NCBI GenBank assembly: GCA_963676915.2
Contig: CAXXVK010000060.1
Span: 160,001 to 224,000, forward strand
Direction of reading: 5' to 3'
From: Myxococcota bacterium
GTDB lineage: Bacteria > Myxococcota_A > SURF-8 > G963663525
Length of the DNA: 64,000 bases
The notes under the pieces were generated by a model. That model saw only the letters and a list, made by a program, of their open reading frames with translations. It had not been told where the DNA came from and searched no databases. Positions 9,542 to 19,838 of the stretch are shown here, in pieces (within the stretch, counting starts at the first letter, position 1; each line of letters opens with the position of its first letter). A program made the position numbers and the translations under genes.

Positions 9542-10345
9542 CTATTTCTGTTTCAGACCGGCAACGAATTTCATGCGGTTCGAACCGATTTCGATGGTGT
9601 CGTCATCTTCGAGAAGATATTCGGTTCCTTTGGGCAGTTTTTCTCCATTGACTTTGACCCCACCCATTCCACCGACCTGCACCAGCACGAAATCGCTACC
9701 CCGACGAGTTACGGTAGCGTGTTCTTTTCCCAGCATGAACCCGCCTTTTAGGCGAATATCCACGTTGGCGGCCCGACCCAGGCGAGTGGTCTGTTTGTCG
9801 ATGGAATAAGTCCGGCGGTCCATTTCGGTCAGTGCCTGGAAATGAGGTTTCAGGCGTTTTCCCATTTCCGCTCGGAGCGCGTTGAGCTGGGTTTTGCCCA
9901 TGGTCATCGTTTCATCGACCACCACCGGCTGAGAGGCACCGGGCTTGGCTTTCCGGGATGCCTCCACGGCATCGGACAAGGCGTCTTCGAACGACGTTTT
10001 GAACTGGCCGCCCGGCTTGTTCTGGTCGATCGCACGATCCCGCTCCAACTCGTCCCGCGACTGCTTGAAGGTCAGCATGTATTTCGCCACGCCGATCACG
10101 TACCCGTTGTGAAGCGGTGATTTTTCAATGGGTTCGCCGTTGATGAACAAGCCGTTTTTACCGGAAAGATCCTTGATGAACCAGATCGCGTTGCGCTGGT
10201 AGATCATCGCGTGTTTGCGGGAGACGAGAGGGTTGTCCAGGTGAATGTCGGACTCGGGATTTCGGCCGATGAAGATCATATGATCTTTCACAAGTCGAAT
10301 CGTTTTCAGCTTCTTCGAGCCTAAAACCACGGTAATTTCAGCCAT
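9542..10345 (-). CDS. Tandem FHA-domain protein
   Basis: IGR..SDI.L....VSRKHA..NG motif plus second LGR..VDI..HA..VNG domain; GGGAGGG RBS before ATG 10345. Confidence 0.9.
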   Translation of the reverse strand: MAEITVVLGSKKLKTIRLVKDHMIFIGRNPESDIHLDNPLVSRKHAMIYQRNAIWFIKDLSGKNGLFINGEPIEKSPLHNGYVIGVAKYMLTFKQSRDELERDRAIDQNKPGGQFKTSFEDALSDAVEASRKAKPGASQPVVVDETMTMGKTQLNALRAEMGKRLKPHFQALTEMDRRTYSIDKQTTRLGRAANVDIRLKGGFMLGKEHATVTRRGSDFVLVQVGGMGGVKVNGEKLPKGTEYLLEDDDTIEIGSNRMKFVAGLKQK

Positions 10346-10605
10346 CGGACCCGCCCTCCCTCGATGAGCTTTTCTAAAATACTGGTTGCGGAAATATCCA
10401 TAGGGAATAACAGGTATTTTACTGCAAAACCTCAAGGAAGCAACTGAAATCGATGATGGGTACAACGGATGGCTGCAATAACGTGTGATTGAAAATGGTG
10501 AAGAATTCGTTGTTTTTCAGGAAAACGTGACTTTTCGGTACAAAACAAGACGGCTGTGGTATAGTAACGCATTATCGTTTATCCGGAGGTACCGAACAGA
10601 CTCCC

Positions 10606-11865
10606 ATGTCGGAAAATGATGTACTGGCCTATCTCGGCTTGTTGTTTTTGTTGCTGTTTTCGGCTTTTTTTTCCGGTTCCGAAACAGCTTTGATCGGCAG
10701 CCGCCGCCTGATTCTCACAACTCAAGCCCAAAAAGGAAACCGTTCGGCCCAACGGGCACTGGATCTGATTCGCGAGCCGGGGTCGTTGCTTGGCACGATT
10801 CTGGTCGGAAACAATCTCGTCAACGTCGCTGCCGCCGCGCTCGGTGCCTATCTCTGGGGGCCGGTGACGGCAACCGTCGTCATCACGCTTCTGTTGCTTT
10901 TAATCGGTGAAATTCCACCCAAAACCCTGGCCACGTATTGGCCGGAAAAGATTGCAAAAACGGTAAGTTGGCCGATCTCGCAGTTCAAGCGTCTGTTCTG
11001 GCCGTTGGCCTGGATAGCACAATCTCTTACCGATCTGATTCTAAGACCGCTGTTCAAAAAGGTCGGTCCTCGGCGTGGATATTTCAGCCAGGATGAAATA
11101 TCCACAGCCCTTGGGTTGAGTCAGGCCGAAGGCGAACTGGAACCGGGGGAAGCCCGTATGGCCCAGGAAACCCTGGAGTTGGACAAAACCCTGCTCGAAG
11201 AGATTATGATTCCCCTCAAAGATACCGCCACGTTGCAAAAGGATTGGAACCTGGATCGGGTAGAGAAGGAAATTCGCAGCAGCCGGTTTTCCCGTTATCC
11301 GGTGTACGACCACCGCGGGCGTCCCATGAAACGGATGCTCCATATCAAGGATCTAGTGCTCGCCACCCATCGGAAGTACTGGTATGGTCTGACCCGCACG
11401 CTGGAAGTTCGCCCCGGCACGATGCCCGCCGACGATCTGTTGCGGGAAATGCAGATCGGTCGTTTCCATATGTGTGCTGTGGCGCAGGAAGACGGAAGCA
11501 TCGTCGGATACGTTACGATGGAAAGCGTATTGGAGGAAATCGTTGGGGAAATCACCGACGAACACGACAAGGAAGACGATCCCGTCAAAACTCAGGGAGA
11601 GAACAAATACCTTGTACGAGGCGATCTTGAATTGGCCGACGTTCAACTCATTTTGAATATCGATCTGGAAGCCGACGATCCGGAACAAACGCTGGAAGAT
11701 TATTACCGCGAACGGGCTGGAGGACGGCCATTTTCCTATATCGTGGTGGGACGCTCACGCATTCGTGCATCCAAAAAGAAATTCATCGTTGAGATTTTCG
11801 AAGACGAAGAAGCCTTGGAAGAGGAAATCGAGGAAGAGAAAAACGGGAATCACGCCAGTACTTGA
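10606..11865 (+). CDS. CNNM/CorB-TlyC family (DUF21 + CBS) membrane protein
   Basis: SAFFSGSETA, GNNLVN, GEIPPK, FSRYPV, LEEIVGEITDEHD. Confidence 0.9.
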   Translation: MSENDVLAYLGLLFLLLFSAFFSGSETALIGSRRLILTTQAQKGNRSAQRALDLIREPGSLLGTILVGNNLVNVAAAALGAYLWGPVTATVVITLLLLLIGEIPPKTLATYWPEKIAKTVSWPISQFKRLFWPLAWIAQSLTDLILRPLFKKVGPRRGYFSQDEISTALGLSQAEGELEPGEARMAQETLELDKTLLEEIMIPLKDTATLQKDWNLDRVEKEIRSSRFSRYPVYDHRGRPMKRMLHIKDLVLATHRKYWYGLTRTLEVRPGTMPADDLLREMQIGRFHMCAVAQEDGSIVGYVTMESVLEEIVGEITDEHDKEDDPVKTQGENKYLVRGDLELADVQLILNIDLEADDPEQTLEDYYRERAGGRPFSYIVVGRSRIRASKKKFIVEIFEDEEALEEEIEEEKNGNHAST

Positions 11866-11895
11866 GTTTTATCCGAATATCGAACTCGGCTCACT

Positions 11896-12921
11896 TCATT
11901 CATCGAGCTTTTCGGCCATCTCCCGAGCATCGTCGATCAGGCGGTCCAGTTTCGTCGAATCCAGGTGCAATGCCTTGGCGGAGGCTTCGACCATTTTCGG
12001 CATCGTGTAGTCGATGATGGTCACGCTTTTCTGCTCTTTGTCGTCCAGAATCCCGGCTTCGATTTCGTTGGCGATCCATTCGGCCAGACAGGCGGTCGCC
12101 ATAGCGGGAGTTACGGTCTGATCCGGCTTGAATTTGTGATGGTATTCAATCGCTTCCCGAATGTTTTCAGGGAGTTTCCACAATCGGGCCAGAATTCCCC
12201 CGGTTTCTTCATGCAAATCGTTGATCGCGGGCCAGAGCAGATCGAGGCTGAATCTGGCCTCGGGGGTTTTGCCTTCTCCAAGTGCGATCAACAACCCGGC
12301 CATACCGATATCGTGCATCAAGCCGATCAAAAACGCCTGGCCTTCCATCAACCCGGTACGAGAACCGATCAACTTGGCGACGCGGGCCGTCGCTACACTG
12401 TGACGACGCAGAAAATCCATCTGCTCGGAAAACCGTTCGACACGAAACACCCGCATGTCCATCGCCACCTGCCAGACGATATCCCGGATGGTAGCCAGTC
12501 CCAGACGAACGATGGCGTGCTCCAGGGAAATCATTTTGCTTTGTCCACCGTAGAACGGGGAATTGACGATTTGCAGCACGCGACCCGTCAAAACGGGGTC
12601 CATTTCGAGAACTTCGCCGATTTTGGCGAAGGTGATGTTCGTTTGCCCTGTGAGTTCGTGGACTTCCATGGCGATACGAGGAAGCACGGGAGGCTTGTAA
12701 TCGGGGGATTTGAACAGGGAAAGCAGCGTTTTCCTTAACGTTTTTCCCGCTTCCGATGCGTCGAGATCTTCGGACGATACCTGCCAGCGAGTCCGATCGA
12801 TCGTGCTCTTTTTTTCGATACGACCCAAAGCATCTTTGGCTTGCCGTTTCGGTGATGTTTTGCCGGAATTTCGAGAAGGGGCTGCGTCTTTTTTCTTTGT
12901 TTTTCGCCGACCGAGAAACAT
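11896..12921 (-). CDS. HDOD-domain signalling protein
   Basis: PVLP..DPVL..L..VNSPFY, AIVRLG, GLMHDIG, WKLP..I..AI..HH; GGAG RBS before ATG 12921. Confidence 0.9.
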   Translation of the reverse strand: MFLGRRKTKKKDAAPSRNSGKTSPKRQAKDALGRIEKKSTIDRTRWQVSSEDLDASEAGKTLRKTLLSLFKSPDYKPPVLPRIAMEVHELTGQTNITFAKIGEVLEMDPVLTGRVLQIVNSPFYGGQSKMISLEHAIVRLGLATIRDIVWQVAMDMRVFRVERFSEQMDFLRRHSVATARVAKLIGSRTGLMEGQAFLIGLMHDIGMAGLLIALGEGKTPEARFSLDLLWPAINDLHEETGGILARLWKLPENIREAIEYHHKFKPDQTVTPAMATACLAEWIANEIEAGILDDKEQKSVTIIDYTMPKMVEASAKALHLDSTKLDRLIDDAREMAEKLDE

Positions 12922-13016
12922 GGAAGCTCCGTTTCCTGAATGTCCATTCCTAGTATTTGATCGGCAGGTTTTGACGCAACAAAAGGGATTTTTTACGAAA
13001 AACGGAGAATGTTTCG

Positions 13017-13979
13017 TCAGTTTTTCGCTTTTCCGACAAGCTGTTGCAAACGTTCGAGCCGGGCTGGCTCCGACCGGGAAAACCACTCCATCGCCGATAG
13101 CAACTCGTATGCCTCGGCGGCGGATCGGGAGGCGAGTTCCGTTTGTCCTTTGGCGGCATACAGTTCGGCCAACTCTTCGTAAACAAAGCCGTCTTTTTCT
13201 CCGGCGGCATTCATTTCCCGTTCCAAAGCCTGCTGCATGTCCAAAGCCTCTTCGGCCTGTCCCATGGCTCGTAACGTACGAGCTACGCACCATGTCGCGA
13301 TCCGAATTTCTTTGGGTACTCCTGCGTTTTGCCGAAATTCCAGCGCGTCACGGAACATCGCCAACGCTTCGGAATACTCTCCCCGATCGAAGTACGTCCA
13401 GCCGAGGTTGTTGGTCAGGCTGCCTTTCCATTTTCGGGCTTTGGCGGAAGAACTACGCTCGACCATATCCAACGCCAGCCGGTTCCATTCCAGCGCGGTG
13501 TTCGGCTCGGCGACGATAGCAAGCATGTGGGCGGCATCGATGGCGTAAAACTCCTCTTTAAGTCCAAGCGCCAACCGAAAAGCCGCCAGAAACAGGGGAC
13601 GCGCACGGGTTTTGTCGCCTGCGGAGTTGAAACAGCGTCCTCGTTCCAACTGCAAACGGATCAGCGCAACACTTGGAGCATCGCCGATCAGCGCCTTTGC
13701 TTCGTCGAGACGGGTGTGGGCTTTATCGAATTGCGATCTCAGACTATGAGTCCGGGCGATCTGCGTGAGAAGTTCGGCGCGACGCAGTGGTTTCGTTTCG
13801 GCGGGGAAGCGGGACAGAAACTCGGTAAAGACACGTTCGGTATCTTCCGGGTGGTCGTAATCCCACAACCGGTCGAAATCTTCGGTCGACTCAACCGGTT
13901 TTTCAGGTTGTGGCTGAGGAGCCACTCCAGCGCAACCTACGAAAAAGACAACGAAAATGACAAGTAGTAAAGTACGCAT
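13017..13979 (-). CDS. TPR-repeat lipoprotein
   Basis: Lipobox FFVGC; helical repeats, NNLGWTYFDRGEYSEAL TPR. Confidence 0.8.
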   Translation of the reverse strand: MRTLLLVIFVVFFVGCAGVAPQPQPEKPVESTEDFDRLWDYDHPEDTERVFTEFLSRFPAETKPLRRAELLTQIARTHSLRSQFDKAHTRLDEAKALIGDAPSVALIRLQLERGRCFNSAGDKTRARPLFLAAFRLALGLKEEFYAIDAAHMLAIVAEPNTALEWNRLALDMVERSSSAKARKWKGSLTNNLGWTYFDRGEYSEALAMFRDALEFRQNAGVPKEIRIATWCVARTLRAMGQAEEALDMQQALEREMNAAGEKDGFVYEELAELYAAKGQTELASRSAAEAYELLSAMEWFSRSEPARLERLQQLVGKAKN

Positions 13980-14535
13980 CGCTTCCCTTTTTCCTTGCTC
14001 CACATCGTGTGGATCACTCCCGATCATGACGAATCAGAGAATATCGATTTACACCGTGATCTTGACTTATAACATACTGTAATTCTGTGTAAATGAGACG
14101 TAAAACAACGGGAAGGTGCATCAAAAAAGAGAGCACTAGACCCAATGATGATGAAGTTCTCATTCTTTCCTTTGGGTTGTCGCGGCGAGGCGGTAACCCA
14201 CTAAAAAAAAGGGATTGGCACGTAGGAAAGCGTCTTTCCATAGGCGGTGAATTTTTGTCTCGTCGCTACGGAATAAAGCAAGAATTTCTACAGCCACTAT
14301 ATTTTACGATGTGTCTGCTAGTATTTTTACTATAATATATTATTTGTAAACTTGTGCCGAAAATGGTACACTTTGACTGTTTTTGTATCGAAAAATGACG
14401 GCTGTGCCTGCTTTCCAGTACAGTGATTTTTGTTTTTGTTTGGCAATCAGGCCGGGTTACAGTATTCTCGGTTCTTGTTTCGGTTCGGACCAAACGAAGA
14501 AAACTTGCCCGATGTATGGGTCATAAAGGAAACGA

Positions 14536-15543
14536 ATGATGGACGATCTGCCGCAGACCGGCGAAGCGGAACGCTCCGAAGCTCCACAGCCTTCGGCTCC
14601 ACCTCCCCCGCCTCCGTCACCGCCACGGCAATATTACGTGCCGTACCAGCCGCCGCCCAAGAAAAAGGGGGGATCGTTCTGGACGGTGCTGCTCGGCGTC
14701 ATCGTGGGTGGCGTTATCATTATGCTGATCGGTGAATATTTCGACGATTTCGACGACTCCATCGGAGACGGCGACGTGCGTATCGGTGTGGTGAACCTTC
14801 TGGGTGCGATCGAAGACACTACGGTCGTGGTCGAAGACTTGCAGAATTTCGCCGAAAACAAAAACATCGACGGTATCGTGCTGCGGATCGATTCCCCCGG
14901 CGGCAGCGTCGGCGCATCCCAGGAAGTCTACCGGCAGGTCGAACTTGTCAAAAAGAGCAAACCGGTCGTGGTGTCGATGGGTAGCCTCGCGGCATCGGGT
15001 GGCTATTACTCGGCGGCGTCGGCAAGCATGATCGTGGCCAACCCCGGAACCCTGACCGGCTCCATCGGCGTGATCGTATCTTCGACGTACATGCGGGAGT
15101 TGATGGAGTTTCTCAAAATGGACCCGGTGGTTTACAAGTCCGGGAAACACAAGGATATTCTGTCTCCCTTCCGTCGCGCCACCGAAGAAGATGAAGCGTT
15201 GATCCAGAAGGTGATCGAAGACATCTACACCCAGTTCGTGGACGACATCGCCAAGGGGCGGAATATTCCTGCTGAAGAGATCAAAAAAATCGCGGATGGG
15301 CGGTTTTTCACCGCCAAAGAAGCCATTACGTACAAACTGGTGGATAAAACCGGCAACTTGATCGACGCCGCCAAAGAGACTGCAGTTCTTGCCGGATTCA
15401 TGCCGGATGCCGACATCGAGCTGGTGTATCCCAAGGAAGACAAGTTCAAAACCTTTGAAAAGTTTTTGGAAGGAGCTACGCGAGCGGTCATCCGAGCCGC
15501 TTCCGACTCCTCGACCAAGATCGAATATCGTATGAATCACTAA
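14536..15543 (+). CDS. sppA: Signal peptide peptidase SppA (36K type)
   Basis: LRIDSPGG, AASGGYY, TGSIGV, KSGKHKD, IADGR. Confidence 0.93.
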   Translation: MMDDLPQTGEAERSEAPQPSAPPPPPPSPPRQYYVPYQPPPKKKGGSFWTVLLGVIVGGVIIMLIGEYFDDFDDSIGDGDVRIGVVNLLGAIEDTTVVVEDLQNFAENKNIDGIVLRIDSPGGSVGASQEVYRQVELVKKSKPVVVSMGSLAASGGYYSAASASMIVANPGTLTGSIGVIVSSTYMRELMEFLKMDPVVYKSGKHKDILSPFRRATEEDEALIQKVIEDIYTQFVDDIAKGRNIPAEEIKKIADGRFFTAKEAITYKLVDKTGNLIDAAKETAVLAGFMPDADIELVYPKEDKFKTFEKFLEGATRAVIRAASDSSTKIEYRMNH

Positions 15544-15557
15544 ACTCGGGGCATGGA

Positions 15558-15914
15558 ATGAATATTGCCAAATCGCTTCTCCTGGTTGCCGTCGCCGTAA
15601 GTTTCACCGCGGCCGCCATTTTGTTTGTAGCGCTCAATCGCGATCCGGTACAACTTGAGTTTCTCATCCTCGAAAGCGTTCCGCTGCCCATGGGAGCGGT
15701 GGTGCTGATTGCCCTCGCCTTGGGTATTGTCATTGGTTTGGGAACCTCGGCCTGGTTCTGGTTCTCCCATCGCATTCGTCTTTCGGCTGAACGACGCCGA
15801 AACAAGGTTCTGCAAAAGGAATTGGACGACCTGCGCGCTCTGCCGTTTTCCGGCAAAGACGACGGACCGGAACAAAACCGAACCGTCGAAGACGACCAGA
15901 ACGCGGGGAACTGA
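15558..15914 (+). CDS. lapA: LapA-family lipopolysaccharide assembly protein
   Basis: Two TM helices with FVALN..V.L.F motif, basic coiled tail; directly upstream of a LapB-like gene. Confidence 0.7.
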   Translation: MNIAKSLLLVAVAVSFTAAAILFVALNRDPVQLEFLILESVPLPMGAVVLIALALGIVIGLGTSAWFWFSHRIRLSAERRRNKVLQKELDDLRALPFSGKDDGPEQNRTVEDDQNAGN

Positions 15915-15917
15915 GAT

Positions 15918-17042
15918 ATGGAAACGGCTTTCCAAGGGATGGTTCCCCTGTTTATTGCGTTCGCCGCCGGTATCGTTGTGACGTGGTTTGCGGCGACGAT
16001 TCTGCGCAAATACCGATTGCACCACCCGACATCCGAGCAAAAGCTTCTTCGTCGCAGACATCTAACCGCCGCCGAACACCTGATTCGCGAGGAATGGGAA
16101 GAGGCTCGAAGAATTTTGACCGAACTGGCGGTCAAAGACAGCGATGCGGTACAGACCTATCGCATATTGGGGTTCGTGCTTCGAAAACTCGGGTTGCATA
16201 CACGATCCAACCGGGTGTATCGCAGCCTGATCCTTCGTCCCGATCAAAGCGACGTGGACGTCCCGCGTGTGTTCTACGAACTGGCGGTCAACCAATGGGA
16301 AACAAAGCGCAGCCGGGACGCGCTGGAGTCCATTCGGAAAGCCGTGCGATTTCGACCCCGCTGGGCTATGGCGAGAAAAACACTGACATCCTGGCTGATG
16401 CGCCTGGATCGATGGGAAGACGCCGCCCTGGAACGCGAACAATACGAAAAATCCGAGCCGAAAGCCCACAAAACCGAACCGGAAATTTTGGGCCGGATCT
16501 ACGCTCAACATGCCTTACAGGCCGCTCGTTCCGGCGATACCGACAAAGCCCGTTTCGCGCTTAGGCGCGCCAAAGCCGAGCTGGGCGACCATCCCCAGGT
16601 TTTCCACGCCAAGGCCGTTTTGGCTGTGGCGACAGGCAATCTCGATACCGCCATCGAAGCATTTCGCGAAGCGCTGGAGTTGTCGATCGATTGCGCCCCG
16701 ATCGTGGGTTGGGAGTGGTTCGACGAAGGTGTAAAACACGAAAAGAAACTGCCGTTCCACAAATGGCTGTTGCGTCGCCGAGACGCCGGAGACGAGCGAT
16801 GGACCCACCTGCTGGAGGTCCGTTGGCTGCTCGAAGACGGTCAGGAAGAAGCCGCGCAAGACCTGTTGAAGAATCATCTGGTTCGTTACCGACACGATCC
16901 CCACGCCTGGAATCTCGCCCAAGAGCTGTCATTGAACCCGGAGCGTCCGCGACCCCAATGGAAATGCCGCCACTGCGGGGCGAAGTCGTCGAACCCGTCG
17001 TGGTTCTGTCCTGAATGCCAGCGTTGGGATTGCCACTTCTAA
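15918..17042 (+). CDS. lapB: LapB-like TPR protein with C-terminal rubredoxin-type zinc ribbon
   Basis: N-terminal TM, TPR-like helices, WKCRHCG...WFCPECQRW. Confidence 0.72.
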   Translation: METAFQGMVPLFIAFAAGIVVTWFAATILRKYRLHHPTSEQKLLRRRHLTAAEHLIREEWEEARRILTELAVKDSDAVQTYRILGFVLRKLGLHTRSNRVYRSLILRPDQSDVDVPRVFYELAVNQWETKRSRDALESIRKAVRFRPRWAMARKTLTSWLMRLDRWEDAALEREQYEKSEPKAHKTEPEILGRIYAQHALQAARSGDTDKARFALRRAKAELGDHPQVFHAKAVLAVATGNLDTAIEAFREALELSIDCAPIVGWEWFDEGVKHEKKLPFHKWLLRRRDAGDERWTHLLEVRWLLEDGQEEAAQDLLKNHLVRYRHDPHAWNLAQELSLNPERPRPQWKCRHCGAKSSNPSWFCPECQRWDCHF

Positions 17043-17155
17043 GTTCAAAAAACCTGAATTTTCAACGATATACAAGGTCGGGTGCTCTGCACCCGACATC
17101 AGACAATTGACAAACCCCATCTTTTCCGGCGGTTTTTATTTTTTCCGAGGTCAAT

Positions 17156-17336
17156 TAGCCCGCATACTTCATGAGGATCGTTGCGAGACGCCGAAAACCG
17201 AAGAACTTTCATGAAGTTGGAGTGATTTTTTAACGGAAGCATACTTGACAGTATGTTGAGTATAAAAAATCGGGAAACGAATGAAAGATCAAGAGTTTTC
17301 AAGTCGTAGTAGATTCTTCATGAATTATGCGGGTTA
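17156..17336. mobile_element. MITE copy 1 (~180 bp, TA-flanked)
   Basis: TA-GCCCGCATACTTCATGA ... TCATGAATTATGCGGGT-TA terminal inverted repeats; near-identical copies at 38562 and 60326. Confidence 0.85.
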
Positions 17337-17619
17337 GGCTCCGATGCCGACGGGAGCGAATTTTCCAATCGAAAGGCGAAAACCGATCCGATGTCGGTCC
17401 CTTGCGCAACAAAGGATCGCCACCATCTCCCAGCCATTTCACCTCCAAAAATTCGTACCTGAACAGTCCCTTTTTACCGAAAGTCGTTGCGTTCGAGGGT
17501 GGGAGTGATTACCTTACTTTTGGTTTTCGGAATCGGTCCCGTGTGAAAAAGGGAGGATTCCTAATCCAGTAACAATTTGAATTCTATTAAGAATTTTGAG
17601 AATGGGGCGGAAAATACCG

Positions 17620-19803
17620 ATGACGGACGTGACGACGAGTATTCAACGGCAGCTACAGGATGAATTCGACCGGTGCGAGCTACACCGCGACATCAAGCCC
17701 GAGCCTTATAAGGATGGCGAACGGCTTCGCCTCGACCTGACCGGTATTCATCCGCAGGTTCCTGGCCATGCGGATGTGGAAATAGAAAAATTTATCGGTG
17801 GAGGATTCGCCGGACAGGTCTACAAAGTCCGTCTGAACGCTATCGACGGCGAAGACGGTGCAATGATCGACGGCTTGGAGTTGGGACGATCGTATGCCAT
17901 GAAGATCCTGATTCCCCCGACGGGATTTTCGGTACTGTTCCGAGACGCCATTTACAAAACCGCCTACCAAAGCGATTTTGCCGCCCAGGTCAATCCCGAT
18001 GCTATGCGGGCGGGTAGTTTGTGGCAGCTTTTCATTCGCCGCGCTGCTTCTTTGGAATTCGGTTCCGAAAAATGCGTCGTTCAGCCGTTCGCCCATTTTT
18101 ACGACGCTCGTCTGCACGCCTATGGAGAGATCAGCGAGTGGGTAGAAGGTCGAACCTGGCATTACGAAATCGACGAAAACCTGTTCGAGCGCTGGACGGG
18201 TGATGTCGAATCCCTGGATGCGGACTCCAGTCCGGAATATTCCGAGAAAAAGCGTTTCATGAAACGTTTTGTGGCGATGCTGCATCGCATGGGCGCGCCC
18301 GAATTCGCCCGCCAATACGAATGGTGGAGCATGAAAAGCCAGCCCAACGTGCTCAAGCGCCTCAATGACGAGGACTACGACGGCCTGACCGCCATCGATT
18401 TCCGCGCCGGGTTGGCGCTGCTGTTTTTCCTGCCGATGAGTCCGGTAGACGTGAAACTGATCCGCGACGGGTTTCGGCGGGGACATTGGGTGCAGTTCGA
18501 CCGGGGGAACCTGTCCCAACTGCGGTATTACGTCGAAAGCCACCGGGAGTTCTTCGAGGATCTGCTGCCCGTGCTCGACGAATTGGAAACCACCGACCGG
18601 GCATATCGGGAATCTCAGATCGATCTTACCCATCACGGACTGAAAGCCCTGACAAATTCCCGGCTTCGCGGCTCGATCCGGCAGGGAAAAATTCAGGCGT
18701 GGCGAGCCAAAGGACAACTGGACGAGGACCGCGCCGAGACGCTCGAACGTTCGCCTTGGCTGTTTTCGTTGCTGTTTTTGCTTTCTCTGATTCCTTTGGT
18801 CGGCAAAGTCATCCGTAAAAGCTGGGGTAATGCACGGTATCGTAAACACTTGAAACAACTAACTGTTTCTCCTGGGTATCTCTGGCGAGCGATGCGGGCG
18901 AGTCGTATCGAAACCTTGATGAAATGGCAGAAAAGCGGCCGACGCAACGACGAAGCCCTGCTGCGGCTGGTTCATCGGCCCGTAGCGTTCTGGGCACAAC
19001 GGATACCTTTCGGACTGCTGCCTGCCTCGTGGCATCGTTCGATCATGGAGCCTTCGTATCTGTTGGGAAAAATCCGCGATTCCATCTCGTATTCCTGGCA
19101 GTTTTACAAAAACAGCGAGTTTCGCGAGCGCTGGCTGTTGGGAGAGTTGGAGGAGGGCCGCCGCCAGGGAATGTTGAACGAGGAGGATTTCCAGGAAATC
19201 GCCGGGCGGATCAAGGACCAGTTCATTCAAAAATACCTGAAAAGCGTGGCGATTCACTTGATGACCCTGCCCGTGACGCAGGTTGTGGCGCTGGTGATTG
19301 CCATCTACGCCTACTTCGCTTTCGCCGATACCTGGGAGGAAGGCATCGCGTATGCCACCGGTGTGATGGTGATTTTCCAGGTGCTTCCCTTCAGTCCGGG
19401 ATCGCTAACCCGTGGATTTTACGTGGTTTATCTGATAATCTCGGAGCGGGATTTCAAAAACTACAAAGTCGCCTGCTTCGTAAGTTTCTGGCACTACATC
19501 GGTTATTTGGGCTTTCCGCTGCAAATGGTGGCGCATTATCCGAAGCTGGCCCGTTTCATGGGCGGGCGCTGGGCCACGAAAATGGTGCACGTCGTGCCGG
19601 TGTTCGGCGAACGCGGCGGCCTGCTGGAGCACTTTATCTTCGACCTGTTTTTCAACATGCCGATATCGTTACGGAAAAGCTACCGCAAGCAACCGCTGAA
19701 AACCGTGCTGGGTGTTTTGGCGGTACTCGTGCTTCTCGTGCTTTTCCTTGTCGCGCTGTATTATCTGGCGGCCTTTGTCTTCGGCTGGTTGTTCGGTAAC
19801 TAA
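17620..19803 (+). CDS. Atypical protein-kinase-like fold membrane protein (pseudokinase candidate)
   Basis: GGGFAGQVYKV, YAMKIL, EWVEG, LHRMG...KSQPNVL, AIDFRAGLA; several hydrophobic helices in the C-terminal half. Confidence 0.7.
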   Translation: MTDVTTSIQRQLQDEFDRCELHRDIKPEPYKDGERLRLDLTGIHPQVPGHADVEIEKFIGGGFAGQVYKVRLNAIDGEDGAMIDGLELGRSYAMKILIPPTGFSVLFRDAIYKTAYQSDFAAQVNPDAMRAGSLWQLFIRRAASLEFGSEKCVVQPFAHFYDARLHAYGEISEWVEGRTWHYEIDENLFERWTGDVESLDADSSPEYSEKKRFMKRFVAMLHRMGAPEFARQYEWWSMKSQPNVLKRLNDEDYDGLTAIDFRAGLALLFFLPMSPVDVKLIRDGFRRGHWVQFDRGNLSQLRYYVESHREFFEDLLPVLDELETTDRAYRESQIDLTHHGLKALTNSRLRGSIRQGKIQAWRAKGQLDEDRAETLERSPWLFSLLFLLSLIPLVGKVIRKSWGNARYRKHLKQLTVSPGYLWRAMRASRIETLMKWQKSGRRNDEALLRLVHRPVAFWAQRIPFGLLPASWHRSIMEPSYLLGKIRDSISYSWQFYKNSEFRERWLLGELEEGRRQGMLNEEDFQEIAGRIKDQFIQKYLKSVAIHLMTLPVTQVVALVIAIYAYFAFADTWEEGIAYATGVMVIFQVLPFSPGSLTRGFYVVYLIISERDFKNYKVACFVSFWHYIGYLGFPLQMVAHYPKLARFMGGRWATKMVHVVPVFGERGGLLEHFIFDLFFNMPISLRKSYRKQPLKTVLGVLAVLVLLVLFLVALYYLAAFVFGWLFGN

Positions 19804-19838
19804 CCCGGTTAGTTCAGGCCAAAATCAATGACCGAAAT

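Noticed and set aside
12922-13293. N-terminal extension of the HDOD ORF
   Set aside because: Overlaps the TPR lipoprotein gene; a good RBS and ATG exist at 12921
14173-14200. Isolated hairpin TGGGTTGTCGC/GCGGTAACCCA and nearby TGGCAC in a divergent intergenic region
   Set aside because: No riboswitch motif recognised, no U-tail on the favoured strand, and GG-to-GC spacing is 11 rather than 10 for sigma54
17245-17266. TTGACA...TATAAA inside the MITE as an outward sigma70 promoter
   Set aside because: Spacing is only ~10 bp
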